28,697 nucleotides of DNA, taken from Macrostomum lignano. Its lineage: Eukaryota. The notes beneath the pieces were generated by a model. That model saw only the letters and a program-made list of their open reading frames with translations, had not been told where the DNA came from and ran no database searches. The DNA lies in NCBI GenBank assembly GCA_002269645.1, contig NIVC01005006.1, positions 1-28,697 of the forward strand, written 5' to 3'. The stretch's first letter is position 1. Every line of letters begins with the position of its first letter. This document shows, in pieces, positions 1 to 11,427 of this stretch. The position numbers and the translations under genes were made by a program.

Positions 1-19
1 AACGCTCTGAGATTCTCAC

Positions 20-273
20 ATTTTCTAGGATTTCTTAGAAACTGTCTCCTGTGTTCGGCCACCGACTCGTAGAACTTGTCAAACAGCAGCAGGATGCGCT
101 GCCTATCAAGCATGCCAATCTCGTCGTGGTCGCAGCTGATAAACAGATCGATAGAATGGTGCGGCGCAGCTCTCGCTCGGCCCGGCGCTTATAGGTGAGC
201 GCGCACTCGCCCAAGTGATTTGTGAACTCCTCGAACAGGTCGAACGCATATCTTCGATGAGCTCCGTCAAGAA
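20..273 (-). CDS. EFCAB5: EFCAB5-like exon 3 (two apparent 1-bp deletions, near 246 and 149)
   Basis: Acceptor gCTAATctgcAG at 275-274 and donor AAAAT|GTGAGA at 19-18. Reconstructs to FLTELIEDM(P)FDLFEEFTNHLGECALTYKRRAERELRRTILS(D)LFISCDHDEIGMLDRQRILLLFDKFYESVAEHRRQFLRNPRK(W), resembling EFCAB5 CDHGKVGFLDRQR...LRNPRQW. 254 nt plus 2 restored bases gives phase 1. The gene continues off the left edge. Confidence 0.82.
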
Positions 274-408
274 CTGCAGATTAGCGTATTAATTGGCGAT
301 ATGCTGTTGCTTGGTATCAAACTCATTTTAACATCTTCTCAAACTAAAACCAGATAATTTGCGTTAAAAAACTCTATACAAATGACATACTCTCGAGTTT
401 TACTTTTT

Positions 409-641
409 TTACCCCAAATGTACGTACCACCGAATCAGACTTTTCTACCCCATATGTACATACAACCGAATCAGAATTTTCTACCCCAAATGTACATACC
501 ACCGAATCAGACTTTTCTACCCCAAATGTACATACCACCGAATCAGACTTTTCTACCCCAAAATGTACATACCACCGAATCAGACTTTTCTACCCCATAT
601 GTACGTCCTCCCTGATAAGCTCTTTCTACCCCAAATGTACA
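409..641. repeat. 36-bp minisatellite (ctaccccaaatgtacataccaccgaatcagactttt), ~5-6 copies, in EFCAB5 intron 2
   Basis: Units start at 481 and 517 (36-bp period). This explains ORF 382-615 (FLPQMYIPPNQT repeats). Confidence 0.93.
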
Positions 642-769
642 CAGGGGCGTAGCCAAGGGGTAAGGGGGAGGGGATTTTTTACTGCCTTTGTATTTTGCTT
701 CCATCGCTAACATCGGAGATGGATTGATGTCATCTGTCCCCCCTGACGTGAATCCTGGCTAAGCACCTG
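642..769. mobile_element. 128-bp non-autonomous DNA transposon (hAT-type MITE)
   Basis: Left end CAGGGGCGTAGCCAAG (642-657) and right end CCTGGCTAAGCACCTG (754-769) form a TIR pair with 13/16 identity. Flanks AATGTACA (634-641) and AATTTACA (770-777) match at 7/8, as expected for an 8-bp TSD. Confidence 0.72.
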
Positions 770-890
770 AATTTACATTCTTTACAACTCAATTTTCTGA
801 TTCTTTTCTGTGACTTATCACCTGCTGATGCCTTTAACTACTACAAAAAAGTGGTTGAACCAAAACCATTTAGTACCATCGTCCACTCAC

Positions 891-1027
891 ATCTCCGAAT
901 TCCTTGCGGCCAATCTTGTGCGAAGCCTCCTCGGTCACCAGAACTTCGAATACGAGGCGCAGGTGCTGACGCAGCTCGTCGGGAAAGTCCTGCGCCAACT
1001 CCGAGAAGGATTAATGGCCCGTTGGAG
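891..1027 (-). CDS. EFCAB5: EFCAB5-like exon 2 (one apparent 1-bp deletion near 1010)
   Basis: Acceptor ctgtctccaatAG at 1029-1028 and donor GAT|GTGAGT at 890. Reads LQRAIN, then after a frameshift SFSELAQDFPDELRQHLRLVFEVLVTEEASHKIGRKEFGD. An alternative GAG acceptor at 1000-999 would give an in-frame 108-nt exon without a frameshift. Confidence 0.75.
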
Positions 1028-1128
1028 CTATTGGAGACAGAATGAGAAATGAATTCGAATGATTGAGATCTACTGCTTCCAGTAGTAGCAAGCATGGAAA
1101 ACTATTGCAATACGAAAGGCTTCCTTAC

Positions 1129-2079
1129 CACGGGCAGCTCGATTCGAAGTTCGTCGCCAACTCGGAACTTGTCAAATAATTCCTCGATGACGCGCTGCTT
1201 CCGTTTGTGCTCTTCTAGCCGGCGCTTCTCTGCCTCTTCCTTCTCCAGCTTCTTCCGCTTGGCATTGGCCTTGAGCTGGGCCAGCTTGTTGTCCTTGAAG
1301 GTGAAAATCTCCTGGCGCAGCTCCTCGGAGATCTCTCGTAGGCCGCGGATGTAGGGCGACGCCTCGGAGAAATTGCTGTAGCGCGGGTTGTTCCGCATCA
1401 GGTACTGGCCCAGGTAGTTGATCGGATTGAAGTTCGGGCACGGCTCCTCTGTGTTCTGCAGCTCCCGGCGTTGCACCTCATTCAGCAGCTTCTCCAGGCC
1501 GAGGATCACGGTGGGAAAGACGGAGTCGATGAGGAAGGCCCGAGTCTCGATGGAGGCCCGCTCCATGTTCAGCCACTCCTTGGCCAGCAGCTCCGTGGGG
1601 ATTCGCCGCGACAGTCGCTCGGCCTCCTGGCGGGCCTGGCGCGCCTCCGACTTGACGTCGTCTCGGGAGGCCAGCAGCCGCTGCATCATCTCTTCTTCGT
1701 GGGCGCGGCGGTAGCGGCCAACAGCGCTGCGCACCTGCGGCCTCAGGTACTCGGGCGGCTGCGGGTTCAACGGCGGCAGGGAGGCGCGCGAAGCCACTCC
1801 GCCGCTGCCACCGCCTGTTGAGGTAGCCGGACTTTTTCGGCCACCGCCGGCGCTGCCGGGCTGACGGCGAATCATTGAAGCGGAGCCGCCGCCGCCGCTG
1901 CTGGCTTGCCGACTCTGCGGCCGGCTGTGGCTGACGGGCTTGCGGGCGAGGCCGCTCTCGACAAGGAGCGCCGAGGACGAGGCGGCCCGGCTAACCTGCT
2001 TGCCGTCGTTGCTGCCTGCGGCGGCCGCCGCTGTGTTTGGCGACTGCGCCGTGCCTGGTGGTGAACTCTCGGAGCTCAT
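1129..2079 (-). CDS. EFCAB5: EFCAB5-like, first visible coding exon (low-complexity N-terminus plus RIIa/Dpy-30-like dimerisation segment)
   Basis: ORF 1102-2175 encodes KEWLNMERASIETRAFLIDSVFPTVILGLEKLL...FNPINYLGQYLMRNNPRY, which resembles vertebrate EFCAB5 as recalled (EWLN...LPTLVPGVE...FDPINYLGEYLIRNNP). Phase-0 donor GTG|GTAAGG with GT at 1128-1127. Start is uncertain: first in-frame ATG at 2079, but the frame is open up to an acceptor-like TTTTTCTTAG at 2160-2159. Confidence 0.88.
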
Positions 2080-2159
2080 TGATGACAGAGCATGCAGTAT
2101 GTTTTGACATTTTTTATCATTTATTGAGAACTTGTATCGCAAGGCATTGAATTTGCAAC

Positions 2160-4160
2160 TAAGAAAAATGAGCAATATAAAAAATAGATGTCAAATGATT
2201 GAATCAAACCCTTGATAATTTTCTTATCTTTTTCTTTATCTTTGCTTTGTGCTCAGATATTTATACAAGTATTGGTAGAAATTTCTTTGAAACACAATAT
2301 ATTATAAATGATCATAAAATACTGTGCAACATTAAGAACTATTATATAAAACAAGTTCAAATCGATTCTTTTAATTGAAAATATCTTATTTCTTATCTCT
2401 TAGTCAAGATAAAACAAAAATATTTGTCACCTCACAAACTTATATCATGAGTCTTTAAAATAACTTGTATTTGCCCCATCTAAATGGCATCATGTATCCA
2501 TATTATAAAGTATGAGCTACTTTTTCTTGTCCCATTGACCAAATTAAGTTAATATAGACAAAATAATTATTCTTAAAGCATCGCACGCACCAAATAACAA
2601 AAAATCGCTTGATATTTGATATTGTTATTTGATCCAACATAATACGCTCGTATTTCAGACAAAACTGTACAGTAGAATACAATTACAAGCCAGGAAAAAA
2701 GTTCTTAAAGCAAGTGATTTAAAAACATAGACATGTAAATTAAAATTATATTTTCGTCAGTAAAAAATTACTATGAACAATAAGCTTGCGACAATTTATT
2801 TTGGGTTGGCTTTTGATTCCGATTTGGCTCCCCAACGGGGGACGCTGATTGCTAGTTTAACCTATAAATCTACTAACTTATAGTTAGCTACAGAGACATT
2901 GAGCAGTAAATTTAAGCACTTTTTTACTAATTTTATCTTTGCTAGATAAAGATAAAGATAAATAATTTTATTTAGAATTGGATAGATTCTACATAAAAAT
3001 AGTTACCTTGTTTATCATTTACCAAGACAATCGGTTGTGCCCTGGTTGCTAATTTGGTCTATTTCGCTTTGAACGCATAGTTCAAAAAAGTTAGATCTGT
3101 TTTCAATGGATACGAACATAGCCTAACAAAGCTTTTTTTCCGTACTAAAAAATATCGCATTTTAATTAGTAAAACTGTTTAAGCTTATTATTTATTTGTT
3201 TAATACTAAAAATACTACACTTTACACGAAATTTGGAAAGCAAGAAATTGTTTATAGCTTTTTATTCAATTTGAGGACGGAAATACTATTTTGAGTAGAA
3301 AAATTCTTCTTATGTGTGGTATACTGAATCCACTTTAACCCTTTAGTGTGAATTAAAAAGAATTAACGAAAGAATAATGTTTTGTATTCTAAAGCCAGAA
3401 TTGAGACTTACTAAAATAATTTAACAATTTAACACACTCTAGAAAGCATTAAAATAACGCTTTTGAGTTCTTATTGAAGGCTATGGAAAGTGAAACTATT
3501 TGAGTTCTTGGTTGTTGACGAAACTTTTAGGTTTTTAGTATATAGGTACATGTCTTTTTTAATCATTTTTGTCTTTTTTGTAGAGCATAAGCTTTCACTT
3601 TCGAGGCTTCATATTTTGTGAATATTATATCTAAATTGAACTCAATTGAATCAATTTTATTTGATACGCTTCAATGAATATAAAAAAATGATATCAAACG
3701 AATAATTTATACAGTTAATAAAATTAATTAACCATCAGTTATTTTTAACTCTGACGTTTTAAACTTTAGTTACTTTGTGTCATTATTTTGAGCTACTAAT
3801 TATAGTTCATAAATTTCTGTCATTATTATTCACTGCCTAAGATGCCTATATTACTTCCCAAAACAAATTTTAGTGTTAAACTAATATCTAATTTAAATAT
3901 ATTCCTTTGATGTAATAATATAATCATTGATCATTAATCATTAATCAATGATATAATTCGATTTAATATATCCTATGGTAGGAGTAAATCACTGAAGATC
4001 GTATTAACTTTAAAAATTTAGGTACTTCTTGTTGCATACAAAATGACTAATGGTTTATCAGTAAATGCAGTGTGAATCAACTCATATGTACGAGCAAAAT
4101 AATCACTGATTCGAAACTTTTTTTCGATGCCGATAACCTTATGCTAATCAACGCGCCGTC
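2160..4160. promoter_or_regulatory. AT-rich intergenic region between divergent EFCAB5 and DZANK1 (candidate bidirectional promoter and 5' UTRs)
   Basis: Head-to-head gene orientation and a sharp drop in GC relative to the flanking exons. No TSS can be identified from sequence alone. Confidence 0.5.
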
Positions 4161-4417
4161 ATGACAGCAGGAATGGTGAAGGCGCCGGTGATTGTGCCGC
4201 TGCGGCCGCCCGTGATTGGCCGGCCCAAGTCGCAGATTGACAGCGGCACTCGAATCGAACTGCACTCGGAGTCGCCAGAGGTGAATATTTTCTTTACTGT
4301 TGACGGATCGAAGCCGGACCCGTTCTCCAGTATGGGCCGGCGATCGACTTACAAGTACAAGCAGCCGTTCCTGCTGCCGCCAGGGAAGAGAACTGTGAAA
4401 GCGGTCGCTTTTGCCAA
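4161..4417 (+). CDS. DZANK1: DZANK1 exon 1 (N-terminal CHB_HEX_C/Fn3-like domain)
   Basis: MTAGMVKAPVIVPLRPP...SPEVNIFFTVDGSKPDP...TYKYKQPFLLPPGKRTVKAVAFAK resembles vertebrate DZANK1 (MTAGSVCVPQIIPLR...DVNIYYTLDGSKP). Phase-2 donor AA|GTAAGT at 4418. Confidence 0.93.
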
Positions 4418-5134
4418 GTAAGTCTACTTGTAGTAGTATTATTGTGCGGAAAAAGCCCCTGTTAGAGACTTCGTAAAGTATCAAGTTTTGCAGTATGAAA
4501 AGTCAGATAAAAGTTAATAAAAGCTTTAAGCACAAGTAACAGAAACTGCCAATACCTCCATCAGACGGCCATTCATCAGACCCCCCGTCTATCACAGTTT
4601 CCGTTGAATTATTTCCTGCCCTACATCAGTCGTATCGCGAGATCTACCTGTAGTTCCCCATCCTCTCTCTCCTGCCCCGCGTCCCTTCCTTAATTTACCT
4701 GGGCACACAGGTTCCTTACATTAGAGCTTTCACTGCTTCCCGTGCTTTCCCTCAGTCCGGTTTTAATTTCCCCTTCTTTGACTGTTTCAATGCACTGGCT
4801 GACAGCTACAGGGGGCTCCCCACCTCCTCACATGAAGACCCTCAGCAGCGTCACTCGCACTGTCCCCGCCTCTCTCTCTCTTCCTCTCCTTGCTTTCAAA
4901 GTCCCGTTAAGGAGGATAGAATGTAGCTATACGAACCCTTTGGAATCGAACCCTGCCCCATGAGTTCATCTCGACCAGCGCGTGTCCTGCATGGCGTGTC
5001 GCTGCTGCAACTCGTACGGTTGCCGGGGCTGCATTAATCAGCTGGGATTCTTGAGACAGATGGGGGAGATGAATACTCTTACAGGTAAATTTAGGCTGAA
5101 AGGAATCCTTTTTCTTACTTTTTGCATTAACTAT

Positions 5135-6131
<997 letters not shown>

Positions 6132-6135
6132 TGAG

Positions 6136-6435
6136 ACTGTACACTCCGGGTCATACACTGTACACTCCGGATCATACACTGTACACTCCGGGTCATACAC
6201 TGTACACTCCGGCTCATAAGTTGTACGCTTCGGATCATAGACTATACATTAATAGTGTCATACACAAAGTCATAGACTGTAGCTCGTTCGCACCAAGTCA
6301 TGGACTGTACTATACTTCTCATACTAGGCCATAAACTGTACTATACTTCTTATACTAGGCCATAGACTGTACTATACTTCTCATACTAGGCCATAAACTG
6401 TACTATACTTCTCATACTAGGCCATAGACTGTACT
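6136..6435. repeat. Two adjacent minisatellites (21-bp actgtacactccgggtcatac and 31-bp actgtactatacttctcatactaggccatag) in DZANK1 intron 2
   Basis: 21-bp period from 6136 and 31-bp period at 6304 and 6335. Both units begin with actgtac. Confidence 0.88.
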
Positions 6436-6490
6436 GTACACACCAGGCCATAGACTCTACTGTACTTACCCAAACCCACCCTACTCGCAG

Positions 6491-7313
6491 GTACCCCCAG
6501 CCGGAGCCCGGGAGCCTTGGCCCGTGTCCGCACTGCGGCAAGCAGGTGCCCCTGAACCTGCCAAAATGCATCGTCTGCGACCAGAGCTTTGCGACGCCGC
6601 AGCCGCAGCCGCCGGTCACGATGCGGGTGCCAGAGCGACGGGTCTGCCAAGCCTGCGGCACCGCCAATCCGCCTCAGTTTTCCGTCTGCCTCACCTGCGA
6701 GGCACAACTGCCAGCGGTTGACTACACGGCTTTGCCGCTCTCCGCCGCCGCAGCCGCTGCGGCCGCGGCCGCCGCCCGTCAGCACTCGGACATGCCGCCG
6801 AGGCCGCCGAATCAGCCGCTAGACGCCCTGATTGCCTGCGGCCGCTGCACCCGATTGAACAGTCCCGACGCCCGATTCTGCGACTGGTGCGGCGCCCGGC
6901 CAGACCGTCCGGAGCTGCCCGGTCAGCTCTGCTGCCGCCGCTGCTCGGCGCTCAGCCCGGCCAGCGCCGGACACTGCGGCGCCTGCGGAGCCACGCTGGA
7001 GCCGCCGATCAAAGCCGGCTGGCTGCCCGCCTCGGCGGTCGGCTCGGCCGCCAGCTTCGCCCAGCCGCTGGCGAGCGCCTTCTACGGCAGGCCGCGCAGC
7101 GGGGCAGCCGACGCCGCCACGCAGACCGTCGGCCTGTTCTACCCATCCGCGGCCGGGCTCCGGAAGCTGGACGCCACATCGACGATGTCCAGCGATCCGT
7201 CGTCGTCGCAGTCGGGCGAAGTCCGCCGCGAACGGGTGCCGTTCCTCACCAGTGTCAGTCCCGGCCGCGGCTACTGGCGCAAGCAGATCGACCACGTGGT
7301 GGCCCACCTGAAG
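6491..7313 (+). CDS. DZANK1: DZANK1 exon 3 (double zinc ribbons plus conserved TQTVGLFYPS and SPGRGYWRKQIDH motifs)
   Basis: Acceptor ctactcgcAG at 6489-6490. Contains CPHC, CIVC, CQAC, CLTC, CGRC, CDWC, CRRC and CGAC pairs, plus TQTVGLFYPS and SPGRGYWRKQIDHVVAHLK. Phase-0 donor AAG|GTTTGG at 7314. Confidence 0.95.
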
Positions 7314-7344
7314 GTTTGGATGAGCTTGGCTCCTATCGGATGCA

Positions 7345-7480
7345 CCGTACACTCTACCTTGTCTACCCCCCTCTACCAAGTCTGCCCTGCCATCCCTGCC
7401 CTACTCTGTCTACCCCTACCATCTCTACCCTACTATATCTACCCCTACCATCTCTACCCTACTCTATCTACCCCTACCAT
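7345..7480. repeat. Degenerate (ctaccc/ctct)-rich low-complexity tract in DZANK1 intron 3
   Basis: Recurrent ctaccc motifs with irregular spacing. Confidence 0.7.
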
Positions 7481-7528
7481 CAGCGTTCTTTGCACTTTCT
7501 GACCCCGCTAACCGATCCCGCCCCGTAG

Positions 7529-7805
7529 GTGTACACTAACAACAACACCGAGTTCCGTGCCCTGATCGGTGAGCCCCGGATGGGCCGCCTCATGCACGGC
7601 CGCCTGACCGAAGACGGCGACCAGCTGCACCTGCAGTTGACCTTCGCCCTCAAAGACGACCGGGACCCGTTCCGGCCGGGCTCCTCCGGGCCCTTCTCGC
7701 TGGCCGACCCTGCCGGCTACTTCAAACGGATACCGACTTCTTCGGCTGCCGCTGCCGGCGCCGCCAACGGCGATTTGGACTCTTATCGCAGCGAGGCGAG
7801 CTCAG
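7529..7805 (+). CDS. DZANK1: DZANK1 exon 4
   Basis: Branch-like gCTAAC and acceptor ccccgtAG at 7527-7528. Reads [21 protein letters not shown], resembling vertebrate [20 protein letters not shown]. Phase-1 donor TCAG|GTGAG at 7806. Confidence 0.92.
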
Positions 7806-7875
7806 GTGAGAACACCACTGGGTGGCCTGCTTGTATAGCAGCCTGTAGGTGCATTCAGAGAGGCGCTGGAACCTG

Positions 7876-8126
7876 CAGACAGATAGATAGACACAGACAG
7901 ATACAGACACAGACAGATACAGACACAGACAGATACAGACACAGGCAGATACAGACACAGACAGATACAGACACAAACAGATACAGACACAGACAGATAC
8001 AGACACAGACAGATACAGACACAGACAGATACAGACACAGACAGATACAGACACAGACACAGACACAGACACAGACACAGACACAGACACAGACACAGAC
8101 ACAGACACAGACACAGACACAGACAG
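7876..8126. repeat. (AGACAC)n / (AGAT) compound microsatellite in DZANK1 intron 4
   Basis: Direct reading. This explains the QTQTQT and SVSVSV ORFs. Confidence 0.96.
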
Positions 8127-8148
8127 TACCCCTACCCTAATTTTCCAG

Positions 8149-8246
8149 TGGTGAGCGGCGCTGACACGAAGCGGACAGGGCGAAAAGCGAAGCGCGGATC
8201 GGGCCGGCCAAAGAGCGGCACCATCAAAGAGGGACGGGAAATCAGT
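8149..8246 (+). CDS. DZANK1: DZANK1 exon 5 (basic linker)
   Basis: Acceptor ccCTAATtttccAG at 8147-8148. Reads (V)VSGADTKRTGRKAKRGSGRPKSGTIKEGREIS. Phase-0 donor AGT|GTAAGT at 8247. Phases fit both neighbouring exons. Confidence 0.82.
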
Positions 8247-8580
8247 GTAAGTCTTACCGGAAGAGCAATTTTTATTGCATTTTCTTAGAAGTTCCGCCTG
8301 CTTTTCCTAAATGCAGCCTCGCGAAATTAGATGAGGCAGGGGAAGCGCAGATTGAGCTGAAAGGAATAAATTTTTGTCAATTTGAGCATAAAGGCCTGCA
8401 TTTGACGCACACCTGTGTATCGCTTTCTTTTAATTCTCTTTTCCTGTGCAGTCTGTTCCGCTTCTAGATCGAAAACTCTTCTTCTCTGTCCTGCAAGCAC
8501 TGATACCCTACAAAGACGTGCCCGTCGCTTGCCCTTATACTTTTGAGTACATTGGTGTCACTCATGATGTTTTAAGTGGA

Positions 8581-9508
8581 GTGCTGTCACTCTGTCAAAG
8601 AGAGCTGTCACTCTGTCAAAGAGAGCTGTCACTCTGTCAAAGAGAGCTGTCACTCTGTCAAAGAAAGCTGTCACTCTGTCGAGAGAGCTGTCACTCTGTC
8701 GAGAGAGCTGTCACTCTGTCAAGAGAGCTGTCACTCTGTCGAGAGAGCTGTCACTCTGTCAATCGTTCCCAATTTAGAGTGATGTCACTCTGTCAATCGT
8801 TCCCAATTTAGAGTGATGTCACTCTGTCAATCGTTCCCAATTTAGAGTGATGTCACTCTGTCAATCGTTCCCAATTTAGAGTGATGTCACTCTGTCAATC
8901 ATTCCCAATTTAGAGTGATGTCACTCTGTCAAAGAGAGCTGTCACTCTGTCAAAGAGAGCTGTCACTCTGTCGAGAGAGCTGTCACTCTGTCAATCGTTC
9001 CCAATTTAGAGTGATGTCACTCTGTCAATCGTTCCCAATTTAGAGTGATGTCACTCTGTCAATCGTTCCCAATTTAGAGTGCTGTCACTCTGTCAATCAT
9101 TCCCAATTTAGAGTGATGTCACTCTGTCAATCATCTTCAATTTAGAGTGCTGTCACTCTGTCAATCATTCCCAATTTAGAGTGATGTCACTCTGTCAATC
9201 GTTCCCAATTTAGAGTGATGTCACTCTGTCAATCGTTCCCAATTTAGAGTGATGTCACTCTGTCAATCGTTCCCAATTTAGAGTGCTGTCACTCTGTCAA
9301 TCATTCCCAATTTAGAGTGCTGTCACTCTGTCAATCATTCCCAATTTAGAGTGATGTCACTCTGTCAATCATCTTCAATTTAGAGTGCTGTCACTCTGTC
9401 AATCATTCCCAATTTAGAGTGATGTCACTCTGTCAATCATTCCCAATTTAGAGTGCTGTCACTCTGTCAATCATTCCCAATTTAGAGTGATGTCACTCTG
9501 TTAATCAT
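8581..9508. repeat. Composite minisatellite of 21-bp and 34-bp units sharing the core gtcactctgtcaa, in DZANK1 intron 5
   Basis: 21-bp period at 8584, 8605 and 8626. 34-bp period at 8761 and 8795. Confidence 0.95.
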
Positions 9509-9558
9509 CCATACAAAGAAAACTTCAAAGCCACCCGGCCACCCGTCAATCCCTTCAG

Positions 9559-9642
9559 GCCGCCGACCAGTCCCTGATTCGCGAGTGCGGCTCCAAAGGC
9601 GAGGCCCGGCCGGAGGAGGTGCGGCGCCTCATCACCGAACAG
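9559..9642 (+). CDS. DZANK1: DZANK1 exon 6 (start of ankyrin region), ending at a GC donor
   Basis: Acceptor cccttcAG at 9557-9558. Reads AADQSLIRECGSKGEARPEEVRRLITEQ, resembling vertebrate [26 protein letters not shown]. Donor CAG|GCGAGT at 9643. Confidence 0.87.
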
Positions 9643-10212
9643 GCGAGTTCTCAATTTTTAATGCCAAATTTTGTCACCTCATAATTCGCGCGTTTGCAGT
9701 GACTGGGGGAGCAGGGGGAAGAGCTGCGGCGGAGAAGCAAAGCATTTGCATCCAATTCGTCCCTCTCCCCTTCAGACTTCGGGGAAGAAAATCCGGAGCT
9801 CTTTTATCCCCACCCGACTGCTAGCGTTTCCCCTGAATTCCCCAACAGTTTTCGAGTTTAGCGCTCCCCTTCCCGACCAGAAGAAAGGACAAGCAGAGAG
9901 AACCCCTTCCCACATATCTGTAAATCCCCTCTGCTTTCACTGATCCCTAGCGAAGCAAAAACATGCCGTTGGATTTTCCCGTCGGCCAACCCCCTCCCCT
10001 TTCCCTACTCTGACTGAGCTGCCCTGCCGGGGCTGAGAGGAATTTGAGAGTCTGTCGGGGCTCGGCATTGAAGCTTGACTGCCGCTGCTGGTTGTCAGTG
10101 ATGGGGTTGCTGCAAATGTTTGTTGGGCCAGCTATAAATCTCGTTTAAAAAGTCATGTGTACTTCTATTGAGACGCATGGATAGTGAGTAAGGTTCTGCC
10201 GGACATTGTGTC

Positions 10213-10860
10213 CGAGATTGAGATTTTAATATCGAGACCGAGATCAGAATTATAATGTTAGAGATTGGGATTCTAATGTCCGAGATTGAGGTTCTAATGT
10301 CCGAGATTGAGGTTCTAATGTCCGAGATTGAGGTTCTAATGTCCGAGATTGAGGTTCTAATGTCCGAGATTGAGGTTCTAATGTCCGAGATTGAGGTTCT
10401 AATGTCCGAGATTGAGGTTATAATGTCCGAGATTGAGATTCTAATGCCCGAGATTGAGGTTCTAATATCCGACATTGAAATTGTAATCTCTGAGGTTGAG
10501 ATTTTAATGTCGTCCGAGACTGAGATTCTAATGTCCGAGATTGAAATTCTAAATTTTCGCAGTTGAGATTCGAATGCTAGAGATTTGAGATTTTAATGTC
10601 GTCCGTGATTGAGATTCTGATGCTATAGTTTGAGATTTAATGTCTTTCGAGAGTGAGGTTATAATGTCCGAAGTTGAGATTCTAATTCCCGACATTGAGG
10701 TTCTAATGTCCGAGGTTGAGGTTCTAATGTCCGAGATTGAGATTCTAATGGCCGACATTGAGGTTCTGATGTCCGAGATTAAGATTCTAATATCCGAGGT
10801 TGAGATTATAGTGTCCGAGATTGAGATTATTATGTCCGAGATTAGGATTTTGTGTCCGAA
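10213..10860. repeat. 21-bp degenerate minisatellite (atgtccgagattgaggttcta) in DZANK1 intron 6
   Basis: Direct reading. This produces the MSEIEVL and SDIRTSI ORFs on the two strands. Confidence 0.9.
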
Positions 10861-11427
10861 TGAGAGAACTGAGATCCTGCCTGAGACCCGGCAGCCAGAG
10901 AGGGGGTTGTGATCGCTTGGCCCCAATTATATTTGGCATCAGTGAAGCAAAAGCACTGCCTCACACCCCAATTCCAAACAATGCAGGCCATTGTGCACCT
11001 TCAGCGCAACTCGGCTGAAAAATAATCCCTAATTTCCCCAAGCTAAGCAGAAGCCAATATTTGAGGCGGAGGCAATCAATTAGAATATTTGGGAGCGGCC
11101 TCTCTGCTCATCCTTGATGGCTTTTTTTCCTATATTCGAGCTTCACGCTTAAATGAAGATTGACAATTGAGAGCGAATTTCTGGGAAATATCCAAGGCAA
11201 GGGGGCGTGTTAATTCGAATTTGCCAATCTATTTTTAGTAAATCTACTACGAGCTAATTCTCGATGCACACAGAAAACGAATTTTACTTAAAAACACTGA
11301 AAAACGAACGAAGCGAAGAATTTTACGCCCAGAAATCCATGGTTTAACTAAATATTGAACTCTCAAAAACAGCTTGTGGTACTCAAGACTGAGAAAGTGA
11401 ATAATTGATGAGAGGGCATTTTAACCA

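Noticed and set aside
4930-4985. Minus-strand B box as a tRNA gene
   Set aside because: The only A-box-like motif is ~14 nt from the B box, which is too close, and no cloverleaf is evident.
7722-8140. QTQTQT extension of ORF 7529-8140 and the antisense SVSVCV ORFs
   Set aside because: The coding part ends at the 7806 donor, and the remainder is the (AGACAC)n intron microsatellite.
8446-8811. Acceptor-like site and ORF (SVPLLDRKLFF...) as an extra DZANK1 exon
   Set aside because: Exons 5 and 6 already join in phase and match the orthologue without it. There is no phase-compatible donor, and the ORF runs into the minisatellite.
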